Shown here: positions 10,663-20,580 of the stretch, one piece after another
How the letters are laid out: each line of letters starts with the position of its first letter
Numbering within the stretch: position 1 is the stretch's first letter
Origin: an uncultured Gammaproteobacteria bacterium
GTDB lineage: Bacteria > Patescibacteriota > Microgenomatia > UBA10105 > UBA927
Assembly: GCA_964397755.1 (NCBI GenBank)
Contig: CAYNJY010000003.1
Location: forward strand, 5,923 to 69,922
Length of the DNA: 64,000 bases
Direction: 5' to 3'
Program-made: the position numbers and the translations under genes
The notes under the pieces: model-generated
The model's database searches: none
Told to the model about the DNA's origin: nothing
Seen by the model: the letters and a program-made list of their open reading frames with translations, nothing else

Positions 10663-11943
10663 ATGCGAAAGCGTCTCCTCTGGATTGGTCTTCTCCTCGT
10701 TCTCATCGGTGCAGTAAGGGTTCGATCACTCGTCATGCGTCCGGTTCTTCTTCCACCGATGCAGCCGACCCTCGGGCCATCGTATCAGGCGGTAAGCCCG
10801 TACGTGGCCATAGTACATGTGTTTGACGACAGTATGTCTCAGGTATCGCACATTGAGATAACACCGGACGGGCAGTACATGCTGGTTGGGACTTTGCCGG
10901 GGACCGTCTGGATCTACCATAAGGTTGATGGCATGTTTCGTCGCCAGAATGATCCGTTCTTTGTGGTAAAAACGTCTCAGCCCGGCTGGCCGCCGCAGGA
11001 AGCTGGGCTCACCGGTATAGCACTCGGCGCGGATTTTGAGAAAAGCGCTGACGTATTTCTCCTCTACTCCTTTGCCAAAGAGAAACGAAGTTTCCGAAAC
11101 CGAGTGCTGCGCGTGACGTTCACCAAGCGCGGCAAGAAAGTCGTCGGCAGGAACCCGGTTGAGATTTTTGAGGCAAATACTCCCGGGACAGGCTCGCATC
11201 AGATACAAAAAGGGGTCGGGGTGATGGTCGCTGGTAAGCCGCACCTCCTTTTTAATCTTGGCGAAGGGTTTGTGGCTGAACGCGCACTTAATCCCAAAGA
11301 AGAAGCGGGCAAAGTTATGCTTATACAACGAGACGGAAGTACTCCGGTTGGTACGCGGCCGTTTCCGGAGTCTCCCAAGGTGCAGGCCATCGGAGTTCGG
11401 AATCCGCCGGCGATTGCGAGGAATCCGGTGAACGGAAAAATCACGATCGGCGATACCGGTCCGAGCAACTTCGATCGGTTTCTCTACGGGGCGTTGTTTG
11501 ATGAGAGTGGCCAGAACGATCAAAAGATTTCGTTTAACTGGAATGGAACAGAAGAGAGCCTCAAGCTCGCTGCGCCAGATTTGTATGACAGCGCAAACGC
11601 CGACATGGTGCTCTATCGGTGGGCTCCCACAGAAATGGTGGTCAACATCGCCTTCTACGAAAACGAGAAACTACCGAAGTTGCCGGAAAGTCAACAGTAC
11701 GTTCTCATCGCGCTGTTTGGAAAAACGGGTGAGCCCGGGAACGAACCGGGGAAAAAGATCATGCTCGGCATCCTCACCCACGGTCGGAACACGACGCTTG
11801 CCCTTACCCCGCTTATCGTGCGCTCGCCGGATGTGGAAGGGAAGCTCGGCCATCCCCTCGGTCTTGCCGTCGATCCGACGACAAAAGAGATGTACTTTGG
11901 AGACATTCTGGAGGGAAGGATATACAGGGTGGTTGTTCAATGA
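10663..11943 (+). CDS. secreted beta-propeller protein, divergent glucose/sorbosone dehydrogenase (GSDH) family
   Basis: Signal peptide/TM at N-terminus; GSDH-like blocks (GVRNPP...DTGP, HGRN, GHPLGLAVDP...GRIYRV). Confidence 0.65.
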   Translation: MRKRLLWIGLLLVLIGAVRVRSLVMRPVLLPPMQPTLGPSYQAVSPYVAIVHVFDDSMSQVSHIEITPDGQYMLVGTLPGTVWIYHKVDGMFRRQNDPFFVVKTSQPGWPPQEAGLTGIALGADFEKSADVFLLYSFAKEKRSFRNRVLRVTFTKRGKKVVGRNPVEIFEANTPGTGSHQIQKGVGVMVAGKPHLLFNLGEGFVAERALNPKEEAGKVMLIQRDGSTPVGTRPFPESPKVQAIGVRNPPAIARNPVNGKITIGDTGPSNFDRFLYGALFDESGQNDQKISFNWNGTEESLKLAAPDLYDSANADMVLYRWAPTEMVVNIAFYENEKLPKLPESQQYVLIALFGKTGEPGNEPGKKIMLGILTHGRNTTLALTPLIVRSPDVEGKLGHPLGLAVDPTTKEMYFGDILEGRIYRVVVQ

Positions 11944-11997
11944 GTATCCGCCATTAGGCGTATCGAAAACTGTTTCTAGCAAAGGAGGTGAGAGAGG

Positions 11998-12384
11998 ATG
12001 AAAAATACAAAGTGGCTTGTCATTGCAATACTTGTCATCGTTGGATACCTCTGGTGGGTTGGCGCGACGCCGTTTAACCAGCCGGCGGCACCGGCGAAAA
12101 CGGAGAAGGCAGAAGAAGAGGCGGTGGTGGCAAAAAACGCCGTTGAGATGAAAGATTTCTCGTTTCGCCCGGCAACCCTTACCGTAAAAGTCGGTGACAC
12201 AGTGACGTGGACCAACCGCGATATCGCGGGTCACAGTGCAACCGCCGATGACGGTACGAGTTTTAATACCGGGGTGCTTGCCCAGGGAGAAAACGGGACC
12301 GTGACGTTTAGTAAAGCCGGGACGTTTACCTATTACTGCACGTTGCATCCGAGCATGAAGGCTACGGTTGTCGTGACCGAATAA
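11998..12384 (+). CDS. membrane-anchored cupredoxin (plastocyanin/amicyanin-like blue copper protein)
   Basis: N-terminal TM helix; type-1 Cu ligands H...C-x2-H-x4-M (YYCTLHPSMKATVVV); strong SD AAAGGAGGTG. Confidence 0.85.
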   Translation: MKNTKWLVIAILVIVGYLWWVGATPFNQPAAPAKTEKAEEEAVVAKNAVEMKDFSFRPATLTVKVGDTVTWTNRDIAGHSATADDGTSFNTGVLAQGENGTVTFSKAGTFTYYCTLHPSMKATVVVTE

Positions 12385-12410
12385 CTTGCTTGAAACGACA
12401 GGGGACTTCG

Positions 12411-12442
12411 CCACCCAAGGGCTGAGAGGGCCCTGTGGGTGG
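12411..12442 (+). terminator. GC-rich hairpin after the cupredoxin gene (weak U tract)
   Basis: CCACCCAAGGGC...GCCCTGTGGGTGG imperfect 12-bp stem then TTATTGG. Confidence 0.4.
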
Positions 12443-12491
12443 TTATTGGGGTGTGCGGTAAATTTAAAGCATTAGCCGATGGGTTTATTAT

Positions 12492-12509
12492 AGATGAATC
12501 GATTCATCT
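12492..12509. promoter_or_regulatory. 18-bp perfect palindrome AGATGAATCGATTCATCT about 30 bp upstream of the VOC gene (candidate operator)
   Basis: Exact reverse-complement symmetry read from the sequence. Confidence 0.5.
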
Positions 12510-12539
12510 GTAGTAGTTTATAGCGAATGGAGGGTACAG

Positions 12540-12926
12540 GTGAATACCATGATTTTTGGATATGTGATGCTGGTAGTGGCTCACATGGATAAATCAATTG
12601 GCTTTTACAAAACGCTCCTTGAAAAAGAGCCCGATTTTGTGGGACCCCGCTGGGCACAGTTTTCATTCGGAAAAATACTGATCGGCTTGCATGCGCTGGA
12701 TTCGTGGAGCGATCCGGACGATCCGCTGCGGAAGTTTGGTGTTGGTCAGAAAGGCGGCTCCTTTGGCTTGTATGTTGACAACGTTGAGAAAGTCTTTGAG
12801 GAGCTTACCAAGAACAGCATTCCGGTCGTTCACGGTCCACGACAGACAGGCCTTGGTAAAACTATCTACATCACCGATCCGGATGGCTATTACATTCAAA
12901 TCTGTGAGCGAAACACGGATGAATGA
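12540..12926 (+). CDS. VOC/glyoxalase/bleomycin-resistance family protein
   Basis: Glyoxalase-fold motifs (FYKTLL...GP, GFGLYVDNV, IYITDPDGYYIQI). Confidence 0.8.
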   Translation: MNTMIFGYVMLVVAHMDKSIGFYKTLLEKEPDFVGPRWAQFSFGKILIGLHALDSWSDPDDPLRKFGVGQKGGSFGLYVDNVEKVFEELTKNSIPVVHGPRQTGLGKTIYITDPDGYYIQICERNTDE

Positions 12927-13017
12927 GCGAAGATTCAGTGGAAGGAATACTGACAGGCTTGGATAACGCCGGTTGAAATTAGCTACCCCGTTATCATCAT
13001 GGTACCGTGGTAACACG

Positions 13018-14331
13018 ATGAAATTAAAACCGTTTTTACTTTTAGGATTATTGATTGGCGGGATTGCGCTCGGTCTATTTTGGTATGGAAATTTGCGGGG
13101 AATGGGTCCGGCGATACTGCCACCTCCCAGAAGCATCACGAAGTTTTCACCAACTCTCCAGTCAACGAACTCCACCGGTTTCCCTCTCACACTTCCCTCT
13201 GATTATTCAATTTCTATTTTCGCCAAGGATCTTGAGAGTCCTCGCGTACTTCGGTTTGATCCGCAAGGAGTTCTCCTTGCCAGTATCCCGTCACAGGGGC
13301 GTGTGGTCGCTTTGCCAGATAGAAACGCAGATGGCGTCGCCGACGAGACGGTTTCTGTTATCGAGGGGCTCAAGAGGCCGCACGGCGTGGCATTTCGAGA
13401 GGGAAAGCTCTACATCGCCGAGACCGATCAGGTGGCAGTGTACGACTATGATGGGCGCACATTGAAGGCCTCAAGTAAAAAGAAAATCATTGATGTGCCC
13501 GGTGGCGGCAACCACGTGACGAGAACGATCGGCTTCGGCCCGGACGGCAGACTCTACATTTCCATAGGTTCCAGCTGCAATGTGTGTATCGAGGAGGACT
13601 CGCGCCGAGCAAAAATCTTGGTTGCCAGCGTTGAGACATCGGGGTCAGACCTTAAAGATCTTCAAGGTCAGACCCCTCGGCTCTTCGCATCGGGGCTCCG
13701 AAACGCCGTCTTTTTCACTTGGCACCCGGTGACCGGCGAGATGTGGGCGACCGAGATGGGCCGGGATCTTATCGGCGACGACATTCCTCCGGATGAGATT
13801 AACATTGTCAAAGAAGGCCGGTTCTACGGCTGGCCATACTGCTACGGGAAGAATGTTCGCGATGCAACATTTGATGATAAGGGGTCTGGCCTTAGTGGTT
13901 TTCAAGGCCTGACCCCGAGAGAAATCTGTGAGCGCGCGGAACCATCTCACATTGACCTCCCCGCCCACGTCGCACCGCTCGGCCTCGCATTCATTCCCGA
14001 TCCAAGAGAAGTGGTTAAAAGAGATGCTATAGCACACAAAATAACTACGTACCGACAGTGGTCACAAGACTATGGGGGGGATCTTCTGGTGGCGTATCAC
14101 GGCTCGTGGAATCGCTCGGTCCCGATCGGCTACAAAATTGTGCGGATGAAACTTGACGAGAAGGGGAATTATGAAGGTACAGAGGATTTTATTTCCGGAT
14201 GGCTTCCGCCAGCTGGTGGATCAGACGGCGCCCTCGGCCGGCCTGTTGACTTAGTCTTCGATCCTTCCGGAAATCTCTATATTTCCGATGACAAAGCGGG
14301 AGTGATTTATCGGGTGGTTACCCAAAAGTGA
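13018..14331 (+). CDS. secreted PQQ-type sugar dehydrogenase family beta-propeller (glucose/sorbosone dehydrogenase, GSDH)
   Basis: N-terminal TM/signal; GSDH blocks HGVAF, GPDGRLYISIG, EMWATEMGRD, GRFYGWPYCYG, VAYHGSWNRS; ATG 13018 inside ORF 12973. Confidence 0.85.
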   Translation: MKLKPFLLLGLLIGGIALGLFWYGNLRGMGPAILPPPRSITKFSPTLQSTNSTGFPLTLPSDYSISIFAKDLESPRVLRFDPQGVLLASIPSQGRVVALPDRNADGVADETVSVIEGLKRPHGVAFREGKLYIAETDQVAVYDYDGRTLKASSKKKIIDVPGGGNHVTRTIGFGPDGRLYISIGSSCNVCIEEDSRRAKILVASVETSGSDLKDLQGQTPRLFASGLRNAVFFTWHPVTGEMWATEMGRDLIGDDIPPDEINIVKEGRFYGWPYCYGKNVRDATFDDKGSGLSGFQGLTPREICERAEPSHIDLPAHVAPLGLAFIPDPREVVKRDAIAHKITTYRQWSQDYGGDLLVAYHGSWNRSVPIGYKIVRMKLDEKGNYEGTEDFISGWLPPAGGSDGALGRPVDLVFDPSGNLYISDDKAGVIYRVVTQK

Positions 14332-16009
14332 ATGCGTAGAGTTCGACATTGTCGTCGAGGAATTCGAGCTTGAGGATGTGGGAGTTGGGGGTTGGGAGTT
14401 TGATAAGCTCGTAGAGTCTATCTCCGTTTACCGTAATCACTTCTTTTTCAACGCCATCGAGAAGTACCTTCACTTTTGACACTGCGTCAAACGTCTTTGG
14501 CCGCATCACTAAGAATACATCCTTTGCGTCGAAATGAAATTCTAGCGTTGCACCCTTCGTGGGCATTGATCGCTCTCCCCCTATGGTCCAGGCACCATTG
14601 AACGCAAAAGAATTTTTGGAAAGTATCGTTGGTCGGGAATACACTGTTGGTGTATCCTGCTTTATACCTTCCGGTGAAACAAATCCAGACATCCGGAAAT
14701 ATCCTAGGTATGTTTCAGGCGTTCGGCTACTTACTTGATACGTCGGATTGTTAATCGATTCATTAACCACGGAGCCGGTTTCCGCAAGAAGTTCTTGAAT
14801 CACTTTCTCCGTTTCATCATATGCTCCTTCGCCAAAATGGGTATAGCGGATGTTCCCGTCTTTATCGATCAAGTATTTTGCCGGCCAATAACGGTTGTCG
14901 TAGGCGGTCCACGTTGCGTAATCATTGTCTTGCATCACCGGATACTCAAGGCCAAAGTCTTTTATGGCTTTTGCAACATTGTCCGGATTTTTCTCAAACT
15001 CAAACTCCGGCGTGTGGACGCCAATGATGACAAGTCCTTTATCCTTATACTTCTGATGCCAGGATTTAAGGTACGGAAGAGTTCTAATGCAGTTAATGCA
15101 GGTATAGGTCCAAAAGTCGATAAGCACAACCTTGCCGCGAAGCGCTTGCAATGTTAATGGTTTACTATTAAACCACTGTCCGCCGGGGATGAACTCTGGA
15201 GCTTGACGGTAAGAGGTTTTCGAGAGTCCCTCGAGTCTGGACTTTTTTGGTTGCTCCTTGAGTTTTTCAAGTCCCTTCTTTACTGCTGGGTTATCCTCAA
15301 ACCTGGTTAAGCCTACCCCATAGCCCGGAAACTTCTGGAGGATATATGTTTGAAACTTCCGATCGAGGTTGGTGTAGATTGCTAGAGAGGTTACGATCAT
15401 CAGTACCCCAAATGCTTTTTGCAGGCCGGCAGAATGTCGCACAAGCCCTTGGTGTTTCGTGAGAAGTCCTCTTCCGCCGTACGTTACGGCAAGGAGTGGT
15501 ATCGCAGTTCCGGTTGAATAGGCCACGGTGATGACGACCGCACCGAGTCCAACCTTTGAAGTCGCGGCCAGCGTAATAATTGAGGCAAGAATCGGACCGA
15601 CACACGGGGTCCAGACGAGTCCCAAGCTCGCGCCGATGAGGAAGCCGGCGATGAAGTCCGGTCGCTTAGTGTCGTGTCTTTGTGATGGGACGATGCTCGC
15701 AGTCTTCGAAAAGAAACGCTCAAGAGCTAGCTGAAACTTTGGGACGAGAAGACTTATACCAAGTGCCGCAACCACAACAATCGAGACCATCCGGAGTGCG
15801 TCGGGAGATACACCAGTCGCCTTCACAATTGCGGTCAAAAAGAGCGTGAAGAAGGTGAAGCTTACGATAAATCCCGTGACCACCCCGATTGGTCGTTTCT
15901 TGCCTCCGGTCACAGAACCCGAGAGAACAATCGGGAGGATCGGCAAAATGCACGGAGAAAGGATCGTGACTATTCCAGCGAGGAAGGCAAAGACAATAAG
16001 CAAGATCAT
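14318..16009 (-). CDS. DipZ-like fusion: CcdA/DsbD-type thiol-disulfide transporter membrane domain + TlpA-like thioredoxin domain + C-terminal beta-rich domain
   Basis: TM Cys pair (LSPCILP ... WTPCVGP), thioredoxin CxxC (WTYTCINC), ~150-aa C-terminal extension. Confidence 0.85.
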   Translation of the reverse strand: MILLIVFAFLAGIVTILSPCILPILPIVLSGSVTGGKKRPIGVVTGFIVSFTFFTLFLTAIVKATGVSPDALRMVSIVVVAALGISLLVPKFQLALERFFSKTASIVPSQRHDTKRPDFIAGFLIGASLGLVWTPCVGPILASIITLAATSKVGLGAVVITVAYSTGTAIPLLAVTYGGRGLLTKHQGLVRHSAGLQKAFGVLMIVTSLAIYTNLDRKFQTYILQKFPGYGVGLTRFEDNPAVKKGLEKLKEQPKKSRLEGLSKTSYRQAPEFIPGGQWFNSKPLTLQALRGKVVLIDFWTYTCINCIRTLPYLKSWHQKYKDKGLVIIGVHTPEFEFEKNPDNVAKAIKDFGLEYPVMQDNDYATWTAYDNRYWPAKYLIDKDGNIRYTHFGEGAYDETEKVIQELLAETGSVVNESINNPTYQVSSRTPETYLGYFRMSGFVSPEGIKQDTPTVYSRPTILSKNSFAFNGAWTIGGERSMPTKGATLEFHFDAKDVFLVMRPKTFDAVSKVKVLLDGVEKEVITVNGDRLYELIKLPTPNSHILKLEFLDDNVELYAFTFG

Positions 16010-16015
16010 TATTGG

Positions 16016-16471
16016 TTACTTAACGTTTGCAAGAAGATCGGTGGTGCCGCCGCCGTTCCACTTCGTTATTTCGTTACCGTTCTCATCGATTTGGACAAAG
16101 GTGTGCTGGTAGGTGATGGTGTACTTTTTCTTAAGATCAAGTTCGGTGTCGTAGTTTGTCTTGAAGACGATTACGTCGCTAGGAATTTTATCACTCATGG
16201 TGGAAAACTCCTGGTCGACAACTTTACAGGTCGGGCACCAGGCGGCCCAAAAGTAGTACACGCGCTTCTTGCCGCGTGCGGCCTCAAACGCTTCTTTGCT
16301 GTAGGCTACGTAGCGGCCACTGGTGACGTGTGGGGCAGACGACGCTTCTTGTGTTGTTGATCGAACGGGGAGACTTCCGGGTCGTGAAGAACGAACTGCG
16401 AACACGATTCCTCCGACAGCGACGACAGCTGCGAGGATACAAAGTGTTCTTCCTGCCATACGCTTCCTCAT
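16016..16471 (-). CDS. membrane-anchored thioredoxin-family protein
   Basis: N-terminal TM helix, WCPTC active site. Confidence 0.85.
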   Translation of the reverse strand: MRKRMAGRTLCILAAVVAVGGIVFAVRSSRPGSLPVRSTTQEASSAPHVTSGRYVAYSKEAFEAARGKKRVYYFWAAWCPTCKVVDQEFSTMSDKIPSDVIVFKTNYDTELDLKKKYTITYQHTFVQIDENGNEITKWNGGGTTDLLANVK

Positions 16472-16511
16472 CCTACCGCGTTTGTGTGTTGTACGTCAAT
16501 CGTGCTCAATG

Positions 16512-16540
16512 TAGACAACTGACGTGATCTTTTATACAAT
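16512..16540 (+). promoter_or_regulatory. sigma70-like promoter for fusA: TAGACA-17 nt-TACAAT
   Basis: Hexamers at 16512-16517 and 16535-16540 in the divergent intergenic region. Confidence 0.45.
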
Positions 16541-16553
16541 GACATATCATAAG

Positions 16554-16581
16554 CTGTTCCCCCAGCGGAACAGTTTTTTTT
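16554..16581 (+). terminator. terminator-like hairpin CTGTTCC-cccagc-GGAACAG + T8 inside the short fusA leader, 11 nt before the start codon
   Basis: Perfect 7-bp stem plus 8 consecutive T read from the sequence. Confidence 0.5.
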
Positions 16582-16591
16582 GATAGTCACT

Positions 16592-18697
16592 ATGGCAAGT
16601 CCGAGCATATCACTCACACTCGATCGCGACGTGCCGCTTGAGCGGGTTCGCAACATCGGGATTATCGCGCACATCGACGCCGGCAAAACCACAACCACCG
16701 AGCGGATCCTTTTCTATACCGGCCGCACCTACAAGCTTGGCGACATCGACGAAGGGACGACGCAGATGGACTGGATGGAGCAGGAAAAAGAGCGTGGCAT
16801 TACCATTGTCTCTGCGGCAACCACGACATTTTGGAAAGAGTATCGGTTGAACATCATTGACACCCCGGGACACGTGGACTTTACTGCAGAAGTTGAGCGA
16901 AGTCTCCGGGTTTTGGACGGCGGTATTACCGTTCTTGACGCAGAAGAGGGTGTGCAGTCTCAATCTGAAACCGTCTGGCACCAGGCAGACAAGTACAAAG
17001 TGCCGCGCATTTGTTTTATTAATAAGATGGATAAAGTCGGCGCCGACTTTCGCGCGACAATCACGTCTATAGAAGAGCGCCTCGGGGCACAGACTGCCGT
17101 CATGGTGATTCCGATCGGGAAGGAACAGCAGTTTCGTGGGATTGTCGATCTTCTGACGCGGAAAACAATGACCTGGGGGAGCGATGAGCTCGGTGCCCAG
17201 TTTGATGTCTCTGACGAAATCCCCACCCAGCTGAAAGACGAAGTCGAAAAAAGCAGACACGCGCTTATCGAACAGATTGCCGAAACTGACGACGCTCTCC
17301 TTGAGAAGTATGTAAGCGGCTTTGAGCCGACGGTCGACGAGCTCAAAGCTGCATTTCGGAAGGCCGTGATTGCGTATACACTTGTTCCCATCTACTGTGG
17401 GTCATCCCTTCGCAACAAAGGAGTCCAGCCCCTTCTTGACGCAGTTGTTGATTACCTCCCGTCTCCGCTTGACCTTCCTCCAGTTGAAGGATTACATCCC
17501 AAGACTGGCGAGAAAATTTTGCGAAAGCGCGTGAAGGAGGAGAAGTTTTCTGGTCTGGCATTCAAAATTCAGGTCGATCCCCACGTGGGCAAGCTTACGT
17601 ATGTGCGGATTTACTCGGGGAAGCTTGTGTCCGGCTCCTATACGTACAATTCTACCAAGGGGATGCAGGAGCGCGTAGGAAGGCTCCTTCTCATGCACGC
17701 CAATCAGCGCGAGGAGATTAAAGAGGCCTTCGCCGGGGAGATAGTCGCGGTGGTAGGCTTCAAAGATACCATTACCGGCGACACTGTCTGTGACCCGGAA
17801 CACCCGGTTATCCTTGAGAAAATTTCTTTCCCCGAGCCGGTGATCTCGCTTGCGATTGAACCCAAGACCAAGAACGATCAGGAGAAAATGTCTTATAGCC
17901 TCCAGAGGCTTGCTGAGGAGGATCCGACTTTCAAGATAAAATCGAATCTTGAAACCAACCAGACGATCATCTGGGGCATGGGGGAACTGCATTTAGAGAT
18001 TATCGTCGATCGGATGCGCCGAGAATTTAAGGTTGAGGCGAACGTCGGAGCGCCCCAAGTTGCGTATAAAGAAACGGTGACGAAGCTTGCTCTGGGTGAA
18101 GGGAAATACATACGCCAAACCGGAGGCCGGGGTCAGTATGGTCACTGTTTTGTGCGGATTGAACCGAAGCCCCGCGGGGAAGGTTACGAATTTGTCGACG
18201 CGATTAGGGGAGCCGCGATCCCCAACGAATTTATTCCGGCGGTTGAAAAAGGAGTCAGAGAAGCGATGGAAAATGGCGTTTTGTCAGGCTATCCTTTGGT
18301 AGATATGAAAGTCACGCTCTATGACGGAACCTATCATGACGTTGATAGTTCGGAAATAGCCTTCAAGATCGCTGGTAGCATGGCCCTCCAGCACGCCGTA
18401 AAACAAGCCTCACCGACACTGCTTGAGCCCATTATGAAGGTCGAGGTGACCACACCAGATGAGTACATGGGCGATGTGATCGGAGATCTGTCTGCCAAGC
18501 GCGCGCAGATACTAGGAACTCAAAAGCGGGGAACGGTGACGGTCATCACGGCGCTCGTGCCCCTTGCGGAGCTTTCAGGCTACGCGACCACGCTTCGGAG
18601 TCTCACCAAAGGTCGCGCAACGTACTACATGGAGCCGAGTCACTACGAAGAAGTACCCAAAAACATTGCCGAAAAGCTTCTTGCAAAGAAAGCATAA
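16592..18697 (+). CDS. fusA: elongation factor G
   Basis: [19 protein letters not shown]-domain and full EF-G homology; ATG 16592 (ORF track TTG 16580). Confidence 0.96.
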   Translation: MASPSISLTLDRDVPLERVRNIGIIAHIDAGKTTTTERILFYTGRTYKLGDIDEGTTQMDWMEQEKERGITIVSAATTTFWKEYRLNIIDTPGHVDFTAEVERSLRVLDGGITVLDAEEGVQSQSETVWHQADKYKVPRICFINKMDKVGADFRATITSIEERLGAQTAVMVIPIGKEQQFRGIVDLLTRKTMTWGSDELGAQFDVSDEIPTQLKDEVEKSRHALIEQIAETDDALLEKYVSGFEPTVDELKAAFRKAVIAYTLVPIYCGSSLRNKGVQPLLDAVVDYLPSPLDLPPVEGLHPKTGEKILRKRVKEEKFSGLAFKIQVDPHVGKLTYVRIYSGKLVSGSYTYNSTKGMQERVGRLLLMHANQREEIKEAFAGEIVAVVGFKDTITGDTVCDPEHPVILEKISFPEPVISLAIEPKTKNDQEKMSYSLQRLAEEDPTFKIKSNLETNQTIIWGMGELHLEIIVDRMRREFKVEANVGAPQVAYKETVTKLALGEGKYIRQTGGRGQYGHCFVRIEPKPRGEGYEFVDAIRGAAIPNEFIPAVEKGVREAMENGVLSGYPLVDMKVTLYDGTYHDVDSSEIAFKIAGSMALQHAVKQASPTLLEPIMKVEVTTPDEYMGDVIGDLSAKRAQILGTQKRGTVTVITALVPLAELSGYATTLRSLTKGRATYYMEPSHYEEVPKNIAEKLLAKKA

Positions 18698-18816
18698 CGT
18701 GTGATAAAATATAGTCATAACTAGAAATTAGTTAAGACTCTTGTTTATAAAAACGGCAGCCCGCCTTGGTTTAGTGCCCGTGCTGCACCTGATTGGCGGG
18801 TTCAAGAAAGGACTCT

Positions 18817-20004
18817 ATGGCAGACCAGAAAAAATTTGTTCGAAACAAACCGCATCTGAATATCGGAACCATTGGTCACGTTGACCATGGGAAGACCACC
18901 CTCACCTCTGCGATCACCCACGTCCTCGCAAAGAAAAACTTAGCTAAAGCCCTCAAGTACGAAGAAATTGATAACGCGCCGGAAGAGAAGGCCCGCGGGG
19001 TTACCATAAACATCCACCACTCCGAATACGAAACAGAAAAGCGCCACTACGCGCACATCGACGCGCCGGGCCACGCCGACTACATCAAGAACATGATTAC
19101 CGGTGCGGCGCAGATGGATGGCGCGATTCTGGTGGTTTCCGCTCCCGACGGCCCTATGCCCCAGACGCGAGAACACATCCTTTTGGCCAAGCAAGTGAAT
19201 GTTCCCGCCATCGTTGTTTTCATGAACAAGGTCGACATGGTGGCTGACAAAGAACTTTTGGATCTGGTTGAGATGGAGGTCCGAGAGCTCCTTACGAAGT
19301 ATGGGTATCCTGGGGACAAGATTCCGGTTATTCGGGGGTCGGCTCTCAAGGCTCTCCAGGGCGATGCGGACGGAGAAAAGTCGGTCGAGGAGCTCATGAA
19401 GACGGTTGATGAGTACGTACCGGAGCCAGCCCGCGAGCTCGATAAGCCGTTCCTCATGCCGATAGAAGACGTATTTTCTATTAAGGGTCGGGGAACCGTG
19501 GTTACCGGCCGCGTCGAGCGGGGCCGCGTGAAGGTCAACGAAACCGCCGAAATCGTAGGAATCAAAGCCACGCAGACTACCGTCGTGACCGGCGTTGAGA
19601 TGTTCCGGAAGATTCTCGACGAGGGCCTTGCCGGCGATAATATCGGGGTGCTTCTCCGGGGTATCGAGAAGGAGCAAGTCGAGCGCGGACAGGTATTGGC
19701 CGCTCCCGGGTCCGTCAAACCCCATACGGAGTTTGAGGCAGAGGTATACATTCTTGCGAAAGAGGAAGGCGGGAGACATACGCCATTCTTTACCGGCTAC
19801 CGGCCGCAGTTTTATATCCGGACGACCGACGTAACCGGTGAAGCGACGCTTCCACAGGGCGTCGAGATGGTCATGCCCGGCGATAACATCAAAATGACCG
19901 TCAAGCTCATCGTTCCGGTGGCGCTAGAGGAAGGGCTTCGTTTTGCAATCCGGGAAGGCGGTCACACCGTGGGAGCAGGAGTGGTTACCAAGATTATTGC
20001 CTGA
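18817..20004 (+). CDS. tuf: elongation factor Tu
   Basis: [13 protein letters not shown]...DAPGHADY motifs; ATG 18817 with AGAAAGGA SD (track TTG 18793). Confidence 0.97.
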   Translation: MADQKKFVRNKPHLNIGTIGHVDHGKTTLTSAITHVLAKKNLAKALKYEEIDNAPEEKARGVTINIHHSEYETEKRHYAHIDAPGHADYIKNMITGAAQMDGAILVVSAPDGPMPQTREHILLAKQVNVPAIVVFMNKVDMVADKELLDLVEMEVRELLTKYGYPGDKIPVIRGSALKALQGDADGEKSVEELMKTVDEYVPEPARELDKPFLMPIEDVFSIKGRGTVVTGRVERGRVKVNETAEIVGIKATQTTVVTGVEMFRKILDEGLAGDNIGVLLRGIEKEQVERGQVLAAPGSVKPHTEFEAEVYILAKEEGGRHTPFFTGYRPQFYIRTTDVTGEATLPQGVEMVMPGDNIKMTVKLIVPVALEEGLRFAIREGGHTVGAGVVTKIIA

Positions 20005-20013
20005 CAAGAGATC

Positions 20014-20322
20014 ATGCCGAAAGGTCGCATCCGCGTACGTTTAAAAGCATACGACAGTAGGATCCTGGACGATTGCTGTCAGAAAATCCTCGACACCGCA
20101 GTGCGTACGGGTGCTCGCGTCGCGGGGCCGGTACCGTTGCCAACGGACCACCAGCATTTTAATGTGGCGCGAGCCCCGTTCATTGACCGCAATAGCCGCG
20201 AAGATTTTATGATAAAAACACATAAGCGGCTGATAGACATCGTGGAGCCTACGGATAAAACGATTGATCAACTGATGCATTTGGATCTACCGGCAGGGGT
20301 AGATGTGGAAGTAAAGATGTAA
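20014..20322 (+). CDS. rpsJ: 30S ribosomal protein S10
   Basis: [10 protein letters not shown]... S10 homology. Confidence 0.95.
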   Translation: MPKGRIRVRLKAYDSRILDDCCQKILDTAVRTGARVAGPVPLPTDHQHFNVARAPFIDRNSREDFMIKTHKRLIDIVEPTDKTIDQLMHLDLPAGVDVEVKM

Positions 20323-20446
20323 CCGCGATACCAATAGACGAATGCATGCGAATGATACGAATATTCGTACCATTGGGATAAAAATTCACGAATGTAGCGA
20401 TCGTGGGTTTGGCTCTTTTTGGAATAAATTTGTATATCAGCATCGA

Positions 20447-20476
20447 TTTGCGAAGATAGAGATACTTTGGTATACT
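20447..20476 (+). promoter_or_regulatory. strong sigma70-like promoter between rpsJ and rplC: TTGCGA-18 nt-TGG-TATACT (extended -10)
   Basis: Hexamers at 20447-20452 and 20471-20476 with TG at -15/-14. Confidence 0.5.
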
Positions 20477-20553
20477 CAAAAATGCCAATATGAGGCTTAA
20501 AGCCGACAATACTGGCTAAGTTTATATCAAAAGTCTCGGATGAGTCAAAACAA

Positions 20554-20580
20554 CGACCTCAACCGAGGTCGCTTTTTTGT
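20554..20580 (+). terminator. intrinsic terminator/attenuator CGACCTC-aacc-GAGGTCG + CTTTTTTGT in the rplC leader
   Basis: Perfect 7-bp stem, 4-nt loop, T-rich tail; ends 11 nt before rplC ATG. Confidence 0.6.

Noticed and set aside
10726-11523. 265-aa minus-strand ORF
   Set aside because: Antisense to the GSDH-like secreted protein; Arg/Pro-rich composition typical of wrong-frame translation.
18940-19779. 279-aa and 223-aa minus-strand ORFs inside tuf
   Set aside because: Antisense to EF-Tu, one of the best-supported genes in the window.
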